A DNA stretch of 63,793 bases from a virus (taxonomy: Duplodnaviria; Caudoviricetes), in the IMG/VR virus record IMGVR_UViG_3300042860_002533, positions 1 to 63,793 of that record, one strand, 5' to 3'. A model generated the notes under the pieces. It saw only the letters and a list, made by a program, of their open reading frames with translations, did no database searches and was not told the origin of the DNA. Every line of letters begins with the position of its first letter. The first letter of the stretch is position 1. This document shows, piece by piece, positions 8,736-16,823 of this stretch. The translations under genes and the position numbers were made by a program.

Positions 8736-9367
8736 TACACCTTCACCAATCCGCCCTCAACGGAACGGATGAACGCCTCAACGTCCTCCGCAGATGCCGT
8801 CTTAAGCTCCCCAGGTTTACCGTCAGCCAGCTTGACCGACTTTGCGTATGCTTCGGCCACCGCTTCCAGCGTCCAGTCGTTCTTAGACGCAAGAGCCTTG
8901 AGTTGGTTCCGCTTAAGGTCGGCTGGCGAAAGCGGCTCGGCGTTTTTCACCGGAGCGGCCTTAGCTTTCGGGGCAGGCTGTGACGCAGTGTTACCGTCGT
9001 CGTCAGTCTCAGTCACTAAGCCAAGCACAGCGGAATATGCGTACCGCCGTGCGTAGGTGATCGCGCTCCCCAACGCCTGCGGGTCACTCTTAACGGGGTT
9101 AAGGGGCATTTCATGGCTGATGTACTGCCCCGACTTGTGCATCAAGTAGGTGGTAAGCACAGGCCCACCAGATTGTCCGACTGCCGGGAACTGCGAGACA
9201 GCCAAACCGTTCTTCGCAAGAATCGGAGCGGCCGCTGTAACAACAGTCGCAAGATCAGCGTAACTTGAATGAAAGTATGGGTTTTCCGATCCACGAGGAA
9301 TCGCTGTGAACTCACCCTGAGCAGCTACCAGTGCGGCGGCTAGCTCGTTCAGCTCTGCGCTCGGCAT
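8735..9367 (-). CDS. erf: ERF-family ssDNA annealing protein
   Basis: NPYFHSSYADL, QALGSAITYARRYAY, DDDG. Confidence 0.93.
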   Translation of the reverse strand: MPSAELNELAAALVAAQGEFTAIPRGSENPYFHSSYADLATVVTAAAPILAKNGLAVSQFPAVGQSGGPVLTTYLMHKSGQYISHEMPLNPVKSDPQALGSAITYARRYAYSAVLGLVTETDDDGNTASQPAPKAKAAPVKNAEPLSPADLKRNQLKALASKNDWTLEAVAEAYAKSVKLADGKPGELKTASAEDVEAFIRSVEGGLVKV

Positions 9368-9797
9368 TGCGTTTCTCCTGTTGCGCTTCTTTGCAGGCTC
9401 GGCATTTCCGGCCTTGCTTAGTGGTAATCAGATTGCTTCCAGAAAACGGATGACCCCTAATGCAATGGGTTTTCACGGCATGGCCGTTGAGTCGACCGTT
9501 CTCAGCGTTGGTGAGCAGACGTAAATGTCTTGGGTTGACACACTTGCGAACTCGGCACATGTGATCGACCGTCATTCCGGCTGGAATCTCACTAATGAAA
9601 GACCGCCACATGACTCTGTGGGCAAGCTCTAGGTGATGCACACCATTGGTAGACCAGTTGAGTTGCGCGTAGCCATGCGAACCGACGCTGTAATCGGTTA
9701 TCCAGCAGTCATAGTCATTTATCTTCACGCTTTTCAGCAGACGCTCGGCTACCCGATCGGGGATCGGCGGCTTACCAGTCGGCTTCATCGCCAACAC
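9312..9797 (-). CDS. HNH homing endonuclease
   Basis: CW...GY...AHRV...DHMCRVRKCVNPRHL...N; C-terminal THCIRGH...CRAC. Confidence 0.92.
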   Translation of the reverse strand: MLAMKPTGKPPIPDRVAERLLKSVKINDYDCWITDYSVGSHGYAQLNWSTNGVHHLELAHRVMWRSFISEIPAGMTVDHMCRVRKCVNPRHLRLLTNAENGRLNGHAVKTHCIRGHPFSGSNLITTKQGRKCRACKEAQQEKRNAERRAERASRRTGSCSG

Positions 9798-10632
9798 GAA
9801 CCAACTTCTTAGTGCCGCCCTTGCGCTGACGAACCGTGTAGGCCAACTGCGCCAACTCCCAGCCCTCAGTCAAATCCAGCCAGTACAGGTGGCACTGCGG
9901 CTCACCCAGCCGGATCGGTGTATGAATCAGCAAGCCCCGTAACTGATCGCACTCAATCGGGGTGCGCTCACCGGTCTGCTGGTTGTAAAGAACACTGCGA
10001 GAAGCAATAGCTACCTGGGTAGAAACCTTGTCCGGATACTTGTTCTCATCGGTGCCGGTCTTGTCGTCGGCCGCATACACGATGCCGGTCGGCTTATGCC
10101 GCAGATAGCGGTCAGGGCTGCCAGCGGCCTTCAACTCGTCGCACACCACAAACGGCTCGACCAGCACCGGCTCAAAATCTGCCAGCGCAGCTTGCCGCGC
10201 AGCGATCCACGGACCAAAACCCTCGGGAATGTAGGCGGGATCGCCGCCATTGTCGATGATTTCCCAGATGCCGTGGAGCGCGGTACCCATACCGGCCGCG
10301 TCCTCCGCACCGCCAAGCTCTTTCGCCTTTTGAACAAGCTCTTTCAGGGGCTTCTTGGCGGACTGCGAATACCACGGCGACTCGTAAGCACTCGCCAAAT
10401 GAGCAACCTGGGCGTAGATCGACTTCGACTTGACGGTCCCGATCATCGCCATAGCCGCAGCCCAATCAACCAGACCGCCCTTGTCGTCCAGCGCACCGGC
10501 CAACGTAGAAATGCGGGTGTACGGTTCCGCGTTAACCGGGGTCTTGCGACCGGCCTCAAACCTCAGCGGGCCACCATCGGTCGTCACATAAGGACGGCCG
10601 TGAAAATCCCTGGCTATCGAATAGTCAGTAAT
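9772..10632 (-). CDS. PD-(D/E)xK exonuclease (RecE/Cas4-like), probable ATT start
   Basis: GTALH, AGSPD, DDKTG, QVAIA motifs; partner of ERF; AGGAG RBS 6 nt before in-frame ATT. Confidence 0.85.
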   Translation of the reverse strand: MTDYSIARDFHGRPYVTTDGGPLRFEAGRKTPVNAEPYTRISTLAGALDDKGGLVDWAAAMAMIGTVKSKSIYAQVAHLASAYESPWYSQSAKKPLKELVQKAKELGGAEDAAGMGTALHGIWEIIDNGGDPAYIPEGFGPWIAARQAALADFEPVLVEPFVVCDELKAAGSPDRYLRHKPTGIVYAADDKTGTDENKYPDKVSTQVAIASRSVLYNQQTGERTPIECDQLRGLLIHTPIRLGEPQCHLYWLDLTEGWELAQLAYTVRQRKGGTKKLVRVGDEADW

Positions 10633-10641
10633 GGGAATCTC

Positions 10642-10710
10642 CTACGAATAGAGCAGAACGACAACGGACAGCGTTCCAAGCGCAACAATCAGGGCAAAAA
10701 CAATGCTCAT
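10642..10710 (-). CDS. 22-aa single-TM micropeptide
   Basis: MSIVFALIVALGTLSVVVLLYS; ATGA overlap with upstream gene. Confidence 0.5.
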   Translation of the reverse strand: MSIVFALIVALGTLSVVVLLYS

Positions 10711-11006
10711 AAGCGAATCCATCTGAAGTGGTCGGAAATGTTGGTTCCAGTAACCGGAGTGAAGCATTGAGCGCAGCGGACTTCCTTTCCCGCTTTTATC
10801 GCATCGACCTCGCGGCGGGTTTCCAACTCCAACAAATTGCGGTGAACATCGCACCTGTAACCGTTGTAATCGCAGCCCTGAACATGGTGGTCAACCCACA
10901 CCGCGAAAGTAGCGGCATTATCGCAAGGCATCGTGCTTCCACACGGCTCATCAAAACTGAAGCCGGTTTCCCTGCGAACATCAACGTCTGTTTCAGTGCC
11001 CGCCAT
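10707..11006 (-). CDS. Cys/His-rich hypothetical protein
   Basis: ORF in early operon. Confidence 0.7.
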   Translation of the reverse strand: MAGTETDVDVRRETGFSFDEPCGSTMPCDNAATFAVWVDHHVQGCDYNGYRCDVHRNLLELETRREVDAIKAGKEVRCAQCFTPVTGTNISDHFRWIRL

Positions 11007-11008
11007 AT

Positions 11009-11173
11009 TCAGCCGCCTCGCTTGCGGCGTAGAACAATGTCCAAATCATCGAAAAGCTCTCTGGCAACGTCGGGATTGACAACGATTCTTAGCCAGCCCT
11101 CTTTAGGGTGCGGCAGGAGTTGACCAATCACATCTATTTCAATAACCCAATCAGTTTTAGACCTGATCCCCAT
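11009..11173 (-). CDS. Hypothetical protein
   Basis: ATG with GAGG RBS. Confidence 0.55.
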   Translation of the reverse strand: MGIRSKTDWVIEIDVIGQLLPHPKEGWLRIVVNPDVARELFDDLDIVLRRKRGG

Positions 11174-11390
11174 AATTAACTTCCTCATAAAGCGCGGGAT
11201 GGTCGTCAACTTCAACACCGAACTTAGACAAACGTTCAGCGATGCGGGACCGGAGGATAAACAAATCCTTTGCCCGCTCCGCCGCACGCTTACTCCCACG
11301 AAAAGACAGAACCTCGTAAATCTGCTCATCAATGTCGTCAATCATTTCGATGAGCTTTGTCCTGCGCTCCCAGAAGTCGGAAGCCTTCAT
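11157..11390 (-). CDS. Hypothetical protein
   Basis: ATG just after the upstream stop; helical. Confidence 0.55.
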   Translation of the reverse strand: MKASDFWERRTKLIEMIDDIDEQIYEVLSFRGSKRAAERAKDLFILRSRIAERLSKFGVEVDDHPALYEEVNYGDQV

Positions 11391-11394
11391 ACCT

Positions 11395-11733
11395 TTAGGG
11401 CGCATTATCCAAAATGGTGCGAACGACGGCACGCCACCGCGAACGGTAACCATCCGACAACGAATCCCATCCAGCAGGAGGATCATCGCAATCTTCGGTC
11501 GTGTGGTAAGCAATCCGCGCTTCTGCGGCCAGCTTGTCGATCAAGTCCTTGGATTCGTAATTCAACGCGGCAATCGCATCGGCAAGCATCTGCGCAAAAT
11601 ACTCCACGTCCTCAGACGGCTTTTCGATTTCGCTTTCGCCGACGTAGTAGCAGCCCTTACCGCCGTAAGAATTGCTCAGTTCCGGTTTGTAAACAATCTT
11701 GCCGGACGGTTCCGGCAGAATAAATGCAGTCAT
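11395..11733 (-). CDS. Hypothetical protein
   Basis: AGGAAG RBS; fits the operon. Confidence 0.7.
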   Translation of the reverse strand: MTAFILPEPSGKIVYKPELSNSYGGKGCYYVGESEIEKPSEDVEYFAQMLADAIAALNYESKDLIDKLAAEARIAYHTTEDCDDPPAGWDSLSDGYRSRWRAVVRTILDNAP

Positions 11734-11745
11734 TTCTTCCTACTC

Positions 11746-12222
11746 TCAGTAAACGGAATGCAGCGACGGGATAATGCGGTACATCGACTCAAGCTGGCGG
11801 CGAACGTCCTCATAGGAGTGCATGAGTGAACGGGCCTGCGCAGCGGCGGAAAGGTCGGTGTCAGCCACCAACTCGTTCCACTCGCGGCGAATGCGGTCAG
11901 CCTGAGTCAGCAGACGATCAATGCGCTCAGAGGAAACCCGCTCCGAAACCGTCCTGGTGTAGCTGGTCGACACAACCCGGTGATGCCGGTGCTTACCGGC
12001 GTTCTTGCGGGCAAGCTTGCGTCCGACCATCTTCTCCATATCGGCCAGAGCATTCATCCGCGCCCGAACGTCAGAAGGGGTCAGGCCGGTGGTGTAGACG
12101 TGCCCGGTTTCATGGCTCTTGTAGCGCGGGTGGCCGCTGCCACTAATGCCGTCGAACACAAAGCCCAACAGTGCAGCCTGCCTGCTGAACTCCCGCAAAA
12201 AACTAGGTGCTTGCTTACTCAC
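11746..12222 (-). CDS. Protein with HicA-like N-terminal domain and helical C-terminus
   Basis: GF...SGSGHPRY...TPSD.R...N pattern. Confidence 0.6.
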   Translation of the reverse strand: MSKQAPSFLREFSRQAALLGFVFDGISGSGHPRYKSHETGHVYTTGLTPSDVRARMNALADMEKMVGRKLARKNAGKHRHHRVVSTSYTRTVSERVSSERIDRLLTQADRIRREWNELVADTDLSAAAQARSLMHSYEDVRRQLESMYRIIPSLHSVY

Positions 12223-12512
12223 GATGCCAACGCTCCATTTCCCTTACGGACACGCACCTGGCGAATCCGGTTCCCCGGCGTTGATTGCCGGTAGCTCCGC
12301 TTGCTGCTCCCATTGCGTCGGGACGCAGACTTACCCAAACCGCCGATCCAATGGGCGGCGTGCTTCGGTGGCAATTTCTCGGAAGAATCGACAGGATCGA
12401 CCACGGTCGGGCCAAGCAGACCCGCCACGCTCATCCAGCCCACCAAAGCGAGAGTTTCGTTGCGGGTTGGATAGCCCAACAACAACACACGCTCACGTTC
12501 AGAAAGATGCAC
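12219..12512 (-). CDS. Hypothetical protein
   Basis: AAGGAG RBS before GTG; coupled to next gene. Confidence 0.55.
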   Translation of the reverse strand: MHLSERERVLLLGYPTRNETLALVGWMSVAGLLGPTVVDPVDSSEKLPPKHAAHWIGGLGKSASRRNGSSKRSYRQSTPGNRIRQVRVRKGNGALAS

Positions 12513-12544
12513 AGCTTCTCCTTTTGTCTAAAGAGAGGTTTGAA

Positions 12545-12719
12545 ACGGCCAGGGGAGCCGCGCTGCAATTCACCGCACTTCGCTTCCAGTCCTGCCCGAC
12601 AATGGAAACCGAATCGCAAGGGGCTACAACCCTGGCCGTCGCCCTCACAGCCGGAATCGAACCGGGCGCGAGGCAGCCACGACGAAACCAATGTTTTACC
12701 TCCCTAGCGCCAGCTAGGA
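12545..12719 (-). ncRNA. Candidate structured leader RNA with T-loop hairpin
   Basis: Perfect 10-bp stem 12545-12554/12630-12639; CCGG-TTCGATT-CCGG at 12651-12665; extra hairpin near 12699-12719. Confidence 0.45.
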
Positions 12720-12864
12720 GTCAAGGAAAGGAATGTGCAAGCCATTCCAAACCCATACAGACATTTGATTTCAGGGCCGAGTCTTGTATTTAAGTGCCGG
12801 ACGGCATCTGCTTTTTCGTACCGGCGTATTTTCGTATTACGTTATTGGGGCGCGGTAAGGGCGG

Positions 12865-13068
12865 CTATGAAAGCCCGTCCTCATAAACCGCGTCATGCAC
12901 CAACTCGTAGTGAATCGGCTCATTAAGCTCATCTGCGGTGTAGATCACCGGCTCCTGGCCGTCCAGCACGCGGCGAATCACACGCGCCAAATCAGCGCCG
13001 GACCATCCGAACAGAGCCGGATGCGAGCAGACCGCAGAAATCTTGGACAGCTTCTCCGCGTCGGTCAC
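12865..13068 (-). CDS. Hypothetical protein
   Basis: GTGA-coupled ORF. Confidence 0.65.
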   Translation of the reverse strand: MTDAEKLSKISAVCSHPALFGWSGADLARVIRRVLDGQEPVIYTADELNEPIHYELVHDAVYEDGLS

Positions 13069-13436
13069 CGGGCCACCGACGCAATCGCCTTGTCCATGAC
13101 GGCAAGCACATCGCCGTGGGTCGTCTGAAGGTCGTCGTTGAACACAACCAGCGACTCGTAGCCCTCGGGCAAGAACTGGCGAACCACCCGCTGTGCGTCG
13201 TAGTCGGCAACGTAAGCCTCGTACACATGGTCGCTGGGGTCGTAGCGCAGGTACCCCACTGCGCCGTCCTGGTCGACAAAGGAACCGGCCGCAAGGCTGA
13301 CGGCGGCACGCAGGCAGTAGTTACCGCAGCCGTCCGTTAAGGAACCTTGATGCCAGCCGGACTCAACCAGCGAGCGTGCCTTCGCAAGCACCTCGCGTGT
13401 GCCCTGGCCTGCCTGACCTTTTGCCACTTCCACCAT
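13065..13436 (-). CDS. Hypothetical protein (DUF6197-like)
   Basis: L.KA...GW.QG...G.YCL..A and FND...T...V motifs; ATG with GGGAG RBS. Confidence 0.7.
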   Translation of the reverse strand: MVEVAKGQAGQGTREVLAKARSLVESGWHQGSLTDGCGNYCLRAAVSLAAGSFVDQDGAVGYLRYDPSDHVYEAYVADYDAQRVVRQFLPEGYESLVVFNDDLQTTHGDVLAVMDKAIASVAR

Positions 13437-13439
13437 CTC

Positions 13440-13625
13440 CCTGTCCCTGAGAGCTGAACTACAACAATGTAACTCTATCATGTATGCGGTACCAGATGTC
13501 AACTCAAACATCGGATTGATACCGTATGCGGTGAATGTACGGTCTGCAACTACTTCCATAGTCAAGCATACATGATACTCATACGCCTCTATGCAGGAGG
13601 GGCACGCATAGAGTAGGCTTGAATT
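13440..13625. promoter_or_regulatory. Divergent immunity control region (early lytic promoter, repressor promoter, operators)
   Basis: 12-bp inverted pair TATCATGTATGC (13476-13487)/GCATACATGATA (13566-13577); leftward TTGACA...TGA-TAGAGT; TAGGCT 6 nt before the repressor ATG (leaderless). Confidence 0.7.
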
Positions 13626-14183
13626 ATGACCACAGCACTTAGAGCAACGGTCGGCCCAGCTTGGACGTGGGGGGACCGCATCAGAAAAGTCAGACGAGAC
13701 ATAGCAAGACTCAGCCAGGGCAACATGGCCCACAGGCTCGGAGTCAACACGGCAACACTTAGTTCGTGGGAGGGCAACAGGGCCACCCCGCACCGCACCG
13801 TGGCCGAAAGACTGGCGCACAAGATGGAGGAACTGTTTCCTGGTAAAGTCACTGCTGCGTGGCTGCTGGGCCAGGAACCGGGCGATCCGGAGGCAAGTCC
13901 AGTCGGAACGGCCGGGATTACCCGCGATCCGAACTACGTCGACCTCATCGAAAATCCCTGGCTCCCCCGGATGGACTCGAACCATCAACCGCCCGATGGA
14001 AGTGTTCTTGCTGGTCAAAGCCCCGAAGTCCTTTCCGTTTCCAGGTCGCGCCAGATTAGGCAGCTAGAAGATAGACCGTTCTTGTTGAATACGCAAGAAG
14101 ATTCTCCGGTTTGCGGATTTTCTGCACGTCTGCTAAATAGTTTCATCCGCAAGGACCGTCAAGACCTGGGCGGTGCGGCATGA
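13626..14183 (+). CDS. Immunity repressor (XRE HTH), viral long form with C-terminal degron
   Basis: GDRIRKVR...LSQ..MA..LGV....LSSWEGN; contains attP; ends ...DLGGAA. Confidence 0.93.
   Translation: MTTALRATVGPAWTWGDRIRKVRRDIARLSQGNMAHRLGVNTATLSSWEGNRATPHRTVAERLAHKMEELFPGKVTAAWLLGQEPGDPEASPVGTAGITRDPNYVDLIENPWLPRMDSNHQPPDGSVLAGQSPEVLSVSRSRQIRQLEDRPFLLNTQEDSPVCGFSARLLNSFIRKDRQDLGGAA
13959..13997 (-). other. attP common core (3' half of a tRNA-Asn-like gene)
   Basis: Reverse complement ATCGGGCGGTTGATGGTTCGAGTCCATCCGGGGGAGCCA = anticodon 3' stem, T-arm, acceptor stem and CCA. Confidence 0.9.
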
Positions 14184-15097
14184 CTAGGCGGCGAGGTAGC
14201 GGAATGCATTGCACCAGTTACCAACTGCCCCAAGCGTGGGAGGACGCAGTTGAGGGGTGGATGCACTGGATGGTGGCCGCAAGTATCGCCAAACGGTCCA
14301 GGGAAACCAGGAGAAGTCACATCCGATCCACGGCCAGGGAACTCGACACCCGAACACCGGGCGAAGTGACAACACCCATGCTGGTGACCCTGTTCGCCAT
14401 GCAGCCGGGATGGGGACAGGAGCATCGGCGCGGCATCCGAACCTCGCTAGTGCAGTTCTACAACTGGTGTCTGAAGAACGAAGCTTCAGACCACAACCCC
14501 GCTGATGGGCTGCCGCAGATACCGGAATCCAAACCCAAGCCCAGGCCCGCACCCGAATGGCTGTGGGACGAAATTCTGGTCAACTCGGAACCGCGAGTGC
14601 GGGTGATGATCCGGCTGGCCGGTGAAGCTGGACTCCGCAGGGCCGAAGTCTCCCAAGTCCATCGTGACGATGTTGTGTGGGACGGCGACGGGTGGAGCCT
14701 CGTCGTCCACGGCAAGGGCGACAAGCAGAGGGTCGTCCCGATCAACGAAAGCCTTGCTGAAGTGATCCAGCGAGGACCGACGTGGGCACCACCGGGATAC
14801 CCCAACCTGGGCTACTTGTTCCCCTCCTATGACCAGTGGGGGAACAAGCTGGCTCCGCACATGAGCGCGGATCGGGTCGGCCGTCTAGTCGGTGAAGTGA
14901 TGGGACAAGGCTGGACGATGCACAAGCTGAGGCACCGCTACGCCACTAGAGGTTTCGCCGGAACGAAGAACCTCAGGGCCGTACAAGAGGCTTTGGGTCA
15001 TGCCTCGGTTGCCACGACTCAGCGTTATGTGGCGGTGTCGGCACCGGAGATACGGGCCGTTTCGGAAGCTGTTTACCAAGGCGGCAAGACGGCGTGA
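14180..15097 (+). CDS. int: Tyrosine integrase (short, no arm-binding N-domain)
   Basis: GLRRAE (R), GKGDK (K), HKLRH, LGH, TQRY catalytic residues; 305 aa. Confidence 0.97.
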   Translation: MTRRRGSGMHCTSYQLPQAWEDAVEGWMHWMVAASIAKRSRETRRSHIRSTARELDTRTPGEVTTPMLVTLFAMQPGWGQEHRRGIRTSLVQFYNWCLKNEASDHNPADGLPQIPESKPKPRPAPEWLWDEILVNSEPRVRVMIRLAGEAGLRRAEVSQVHRDDVVWDGDGWSLVVHGKGDKQRVVPINESLAEVIQRGPTWAPPGYPNLGYLFPSYDQWGNKLAPHMSADRVGRLVGEVMGQGWTMHKLRHRYATRGFAGTKNLRAVQEALGHASVATTQRYVAVSAPEIRAVSEAVYQGGKTA

Positions 15098-15129
15098 CGT
15101 GAGTATTTGCAGAAATCTTCTTCATTGCC

Positions 15130-15159
15130 TTGACTGCTGACTTACATTATCTGTATGGT
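15130..15159 (+). promoter_or_regulatory. SigA-like promoter
   Basis: TTGACT-N18-TATGGT with no ORF directly downstream. Confidence 0.55.
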
Positions 15160-15164
15160 GGTTA

Positions 15165-15545
15165 AATCAAGCTCCCCGATGGGGTCAGCCGACGTTTGTC
15201 TATCGGTCAGTGTAACGGGTCAGAACCGTGCGTTTTCGTGGTAGCCAGGGACAAGCGCCACAATCAGATTGATGAGCGAGAGCTATCCAAGCCGGAACCT
15301 GAGTAGCTGCATGTGTTCGCCTTCAAGTGCCCGTCCCGGCCGATCAAGGGGCAAGGTATGAAACCGCGCAAGCGGCATACAAATTGCGTCTTGTGTTTCT
15401 CTCCACCTACGCAACTCAAGGCTTACTCCTGAAATAACCACAGGATTAACCACCTACAGAACGTCACTGTTAGTGGTTAAAGGGAGTGGTGGTTGCCTTT
15501 GTTGGGTACGTTACTAGGGTGGTTGTTGGGCGCTTTCGCGCCGCC
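15165..15545 (+). ncRNA. Candidate ~380-nt structured ncRNA
   Basis: ORF-free, downstream of a promoter, serial hairpins including CCGC-GCAA-GCGG (15364-15375), TTAACCAC/GTGGTTAA (15446-15480), GGCGC-TTTC-GCGCC (15529-15542). Confidence 0.5.
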
Positions 15546-15682
15546 TGGAAAACGAAAGTTGTTGAACCGCAATGTCAAGCTGAAGCCCAAAATGGCTTTT
15601 CTGGAACTCTGACCTGCGGAAACATTCAGAAAATAGGGTTTGACCTGGGGTTATAAAAACATCGAATTGGTAGAATGGATAT

Positions 15683-15922
15683 ATGACAGGTTCAGACCAA
15701 ATCCGATTCAACGCCCGAATGACCTTGACCCCCGGTACCGAAGTGTCGATCACCAATCAGCGCGGCCGGTTCCGTTTCGTCAATGCCCAAACCACCAGCC
15801 AGGGGAAGCTGGTGCTGAACTTTATCGGCGGTTCTTCTGGGCATGAGGCGTTCCGCTCGTTTTACCCTGAGCGGGTTAAACGGGTGCATCGCATCGCCCG
15901 CACGCGAGCCAACGCCAGTTAG
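15683..15922 (+). CDS. Hypothetical basic beta-rich protein, leaderless
   Basis: Extended -10 TGG-TAGAAT 6 nt before ATG. Confidence 0.75.
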   Translation: MTGSDQIRFNARMTLTPGTEVSITNQRGRFRFVNAQTTSQGKLVLNFIGGSSGHEAFRSFYPERVKRVHRIARTRANAS

Positions 15923-15983
15923 TTAACTAAACGCAATTAGTGTAAACTTAAAGTAGATGTATTGCTAGAGACAGGAACAACCC

Positions 15984-16223
15984 ATGAAGAACTACGAACT
16001 CGGTGAACTGCTCGCCGTGCAGTGGAATCCAGAACTAGCCGAACTGTTCCCCAGCGCAGACCACACCGGCTGCCGACAGGAAATGCGGCACGACGGCACA
16101 AGCTGGTTCCCCTACAACCCTGTACGGTGCGCCGGGTGGCACTGCCACCGTTGCGGCCAACCCACCAACATGATGGGCCACCACAAATGCACCAACCCGC
16201 CCTGCACGCGAGGAAGCCGGTAA
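15984..16223 (+). CDS. Cys/His-rich hypothetical protein
   Basis: Preceded by AGAGACAGG start motif. Confidence 0.7.
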   Translation: MKNYELGELLAVQWNPELAELFPSADHTGCRQEMRHDGTSWFPYNPVRCAGWHCHRCGQPTNMMGHHKCTNPPCTRGSR

Positions 16224-16231
16224 CACCAATC

Positions 16232-16504
16232 ATGGGACAGGTACTCGCCCTCATGCTCCTGCTGGGCACAATCGGTGTAGTTGTCAGCGCCGTCGCACCA
16301 TTCCTCGTGTTCCTCATCATCGCGGCAGGAATAACGTGGATGCTGGTCGCCGTGGCACAAGAAGCGGACAAGCAACGCAACGCCAAGCTGATGCAAAAGT
16401 TTAGCCTGCTCAACCGCGCCGACAAGCAACACAACCAAATAATGTCTGGAAACCTGGAATCAGGAACATACGGAATCTACCAACCACCCAAAGGGCTGCG
16501 GTAG
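16232..16504 (+). CDS. Membrane protein (two TM helices)
   Basis: Hydrophobic N-terminal half; C-terminal RADKQH...GTYGIYQPP. Confidence 0.7.
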   Translation: MGQVLALMLLLGTIGVVVSAVAPFLVFLIIAAGITWMLVAVAQEADKQRNAKLMQKFSLLNRADKQHNQIMSGNLESGTYGIYQPPKGLR

Positions 16505-16511
16505 AAACACG

Positions 16512-16570
16512 AAAAGGCGGCAGGCTCGACCGGTTGGGGATGTACCGGGAGCCTGCCGCCCTTTCTATTT
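16512..16570. terminator. Bidirectional intrinsic terminator
   Basis: GGCGGCAGGCTC/GAGCCTGCCGCC stem between convergent genes, A- and T-rich flanks. Confidence 0.8.
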
Positions 16571-16571
16571 C

Positions 16572-16823
16572 TCACCCGATAAGTTGGGCAAGCCTTTTAA
16601 TATCATCGAACCGGTAACCGCTCCACGACCATGAAGCATCATCACCGCAATCGACTTTCACTACCGGAAACGCAGAATGCCCCTCGCGGCGCAACTGATC
16701 GGCAGCCTCATCGTCAACCTCAACAACCGTGTACTCAACACCAACCTTGTTGAAACCGACTTTCGTTGCCCTGCACGCCGAACAATCATCGGGCGGCGTA
16801 AACATAGTCACCTGAACCATCAC
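16572..16823 (-). CDS. nrdH: NrdH-like glutaredoxin
   Basis: CSAC active site, AFPVV, WSGYR. Confidence 0.9.
   Translation of the reverse strand: MMVQVTMFTPPDDCSACRATKVGFNKVGVEYTVVEVDDEAADQLRREGHSAFPVVKVDCGDDASWSWSGYRFDDIKRLAQLIG

Noticed and set aside
12651-12665. tRNA gene or second attP
   Set aside because: T-arm only, with no acceptor stem, CCA, D-arm or anticodon arm
13959-13997. tRNA gene
   Set aside because: Only the 3' half is present; it is better explained as the attP core
13437-14018. Long N-terminal extension of ORF 13065..14018
   Set aside because: Overlaps the repressor and control region antisense; a better start with RBS lies at 13436
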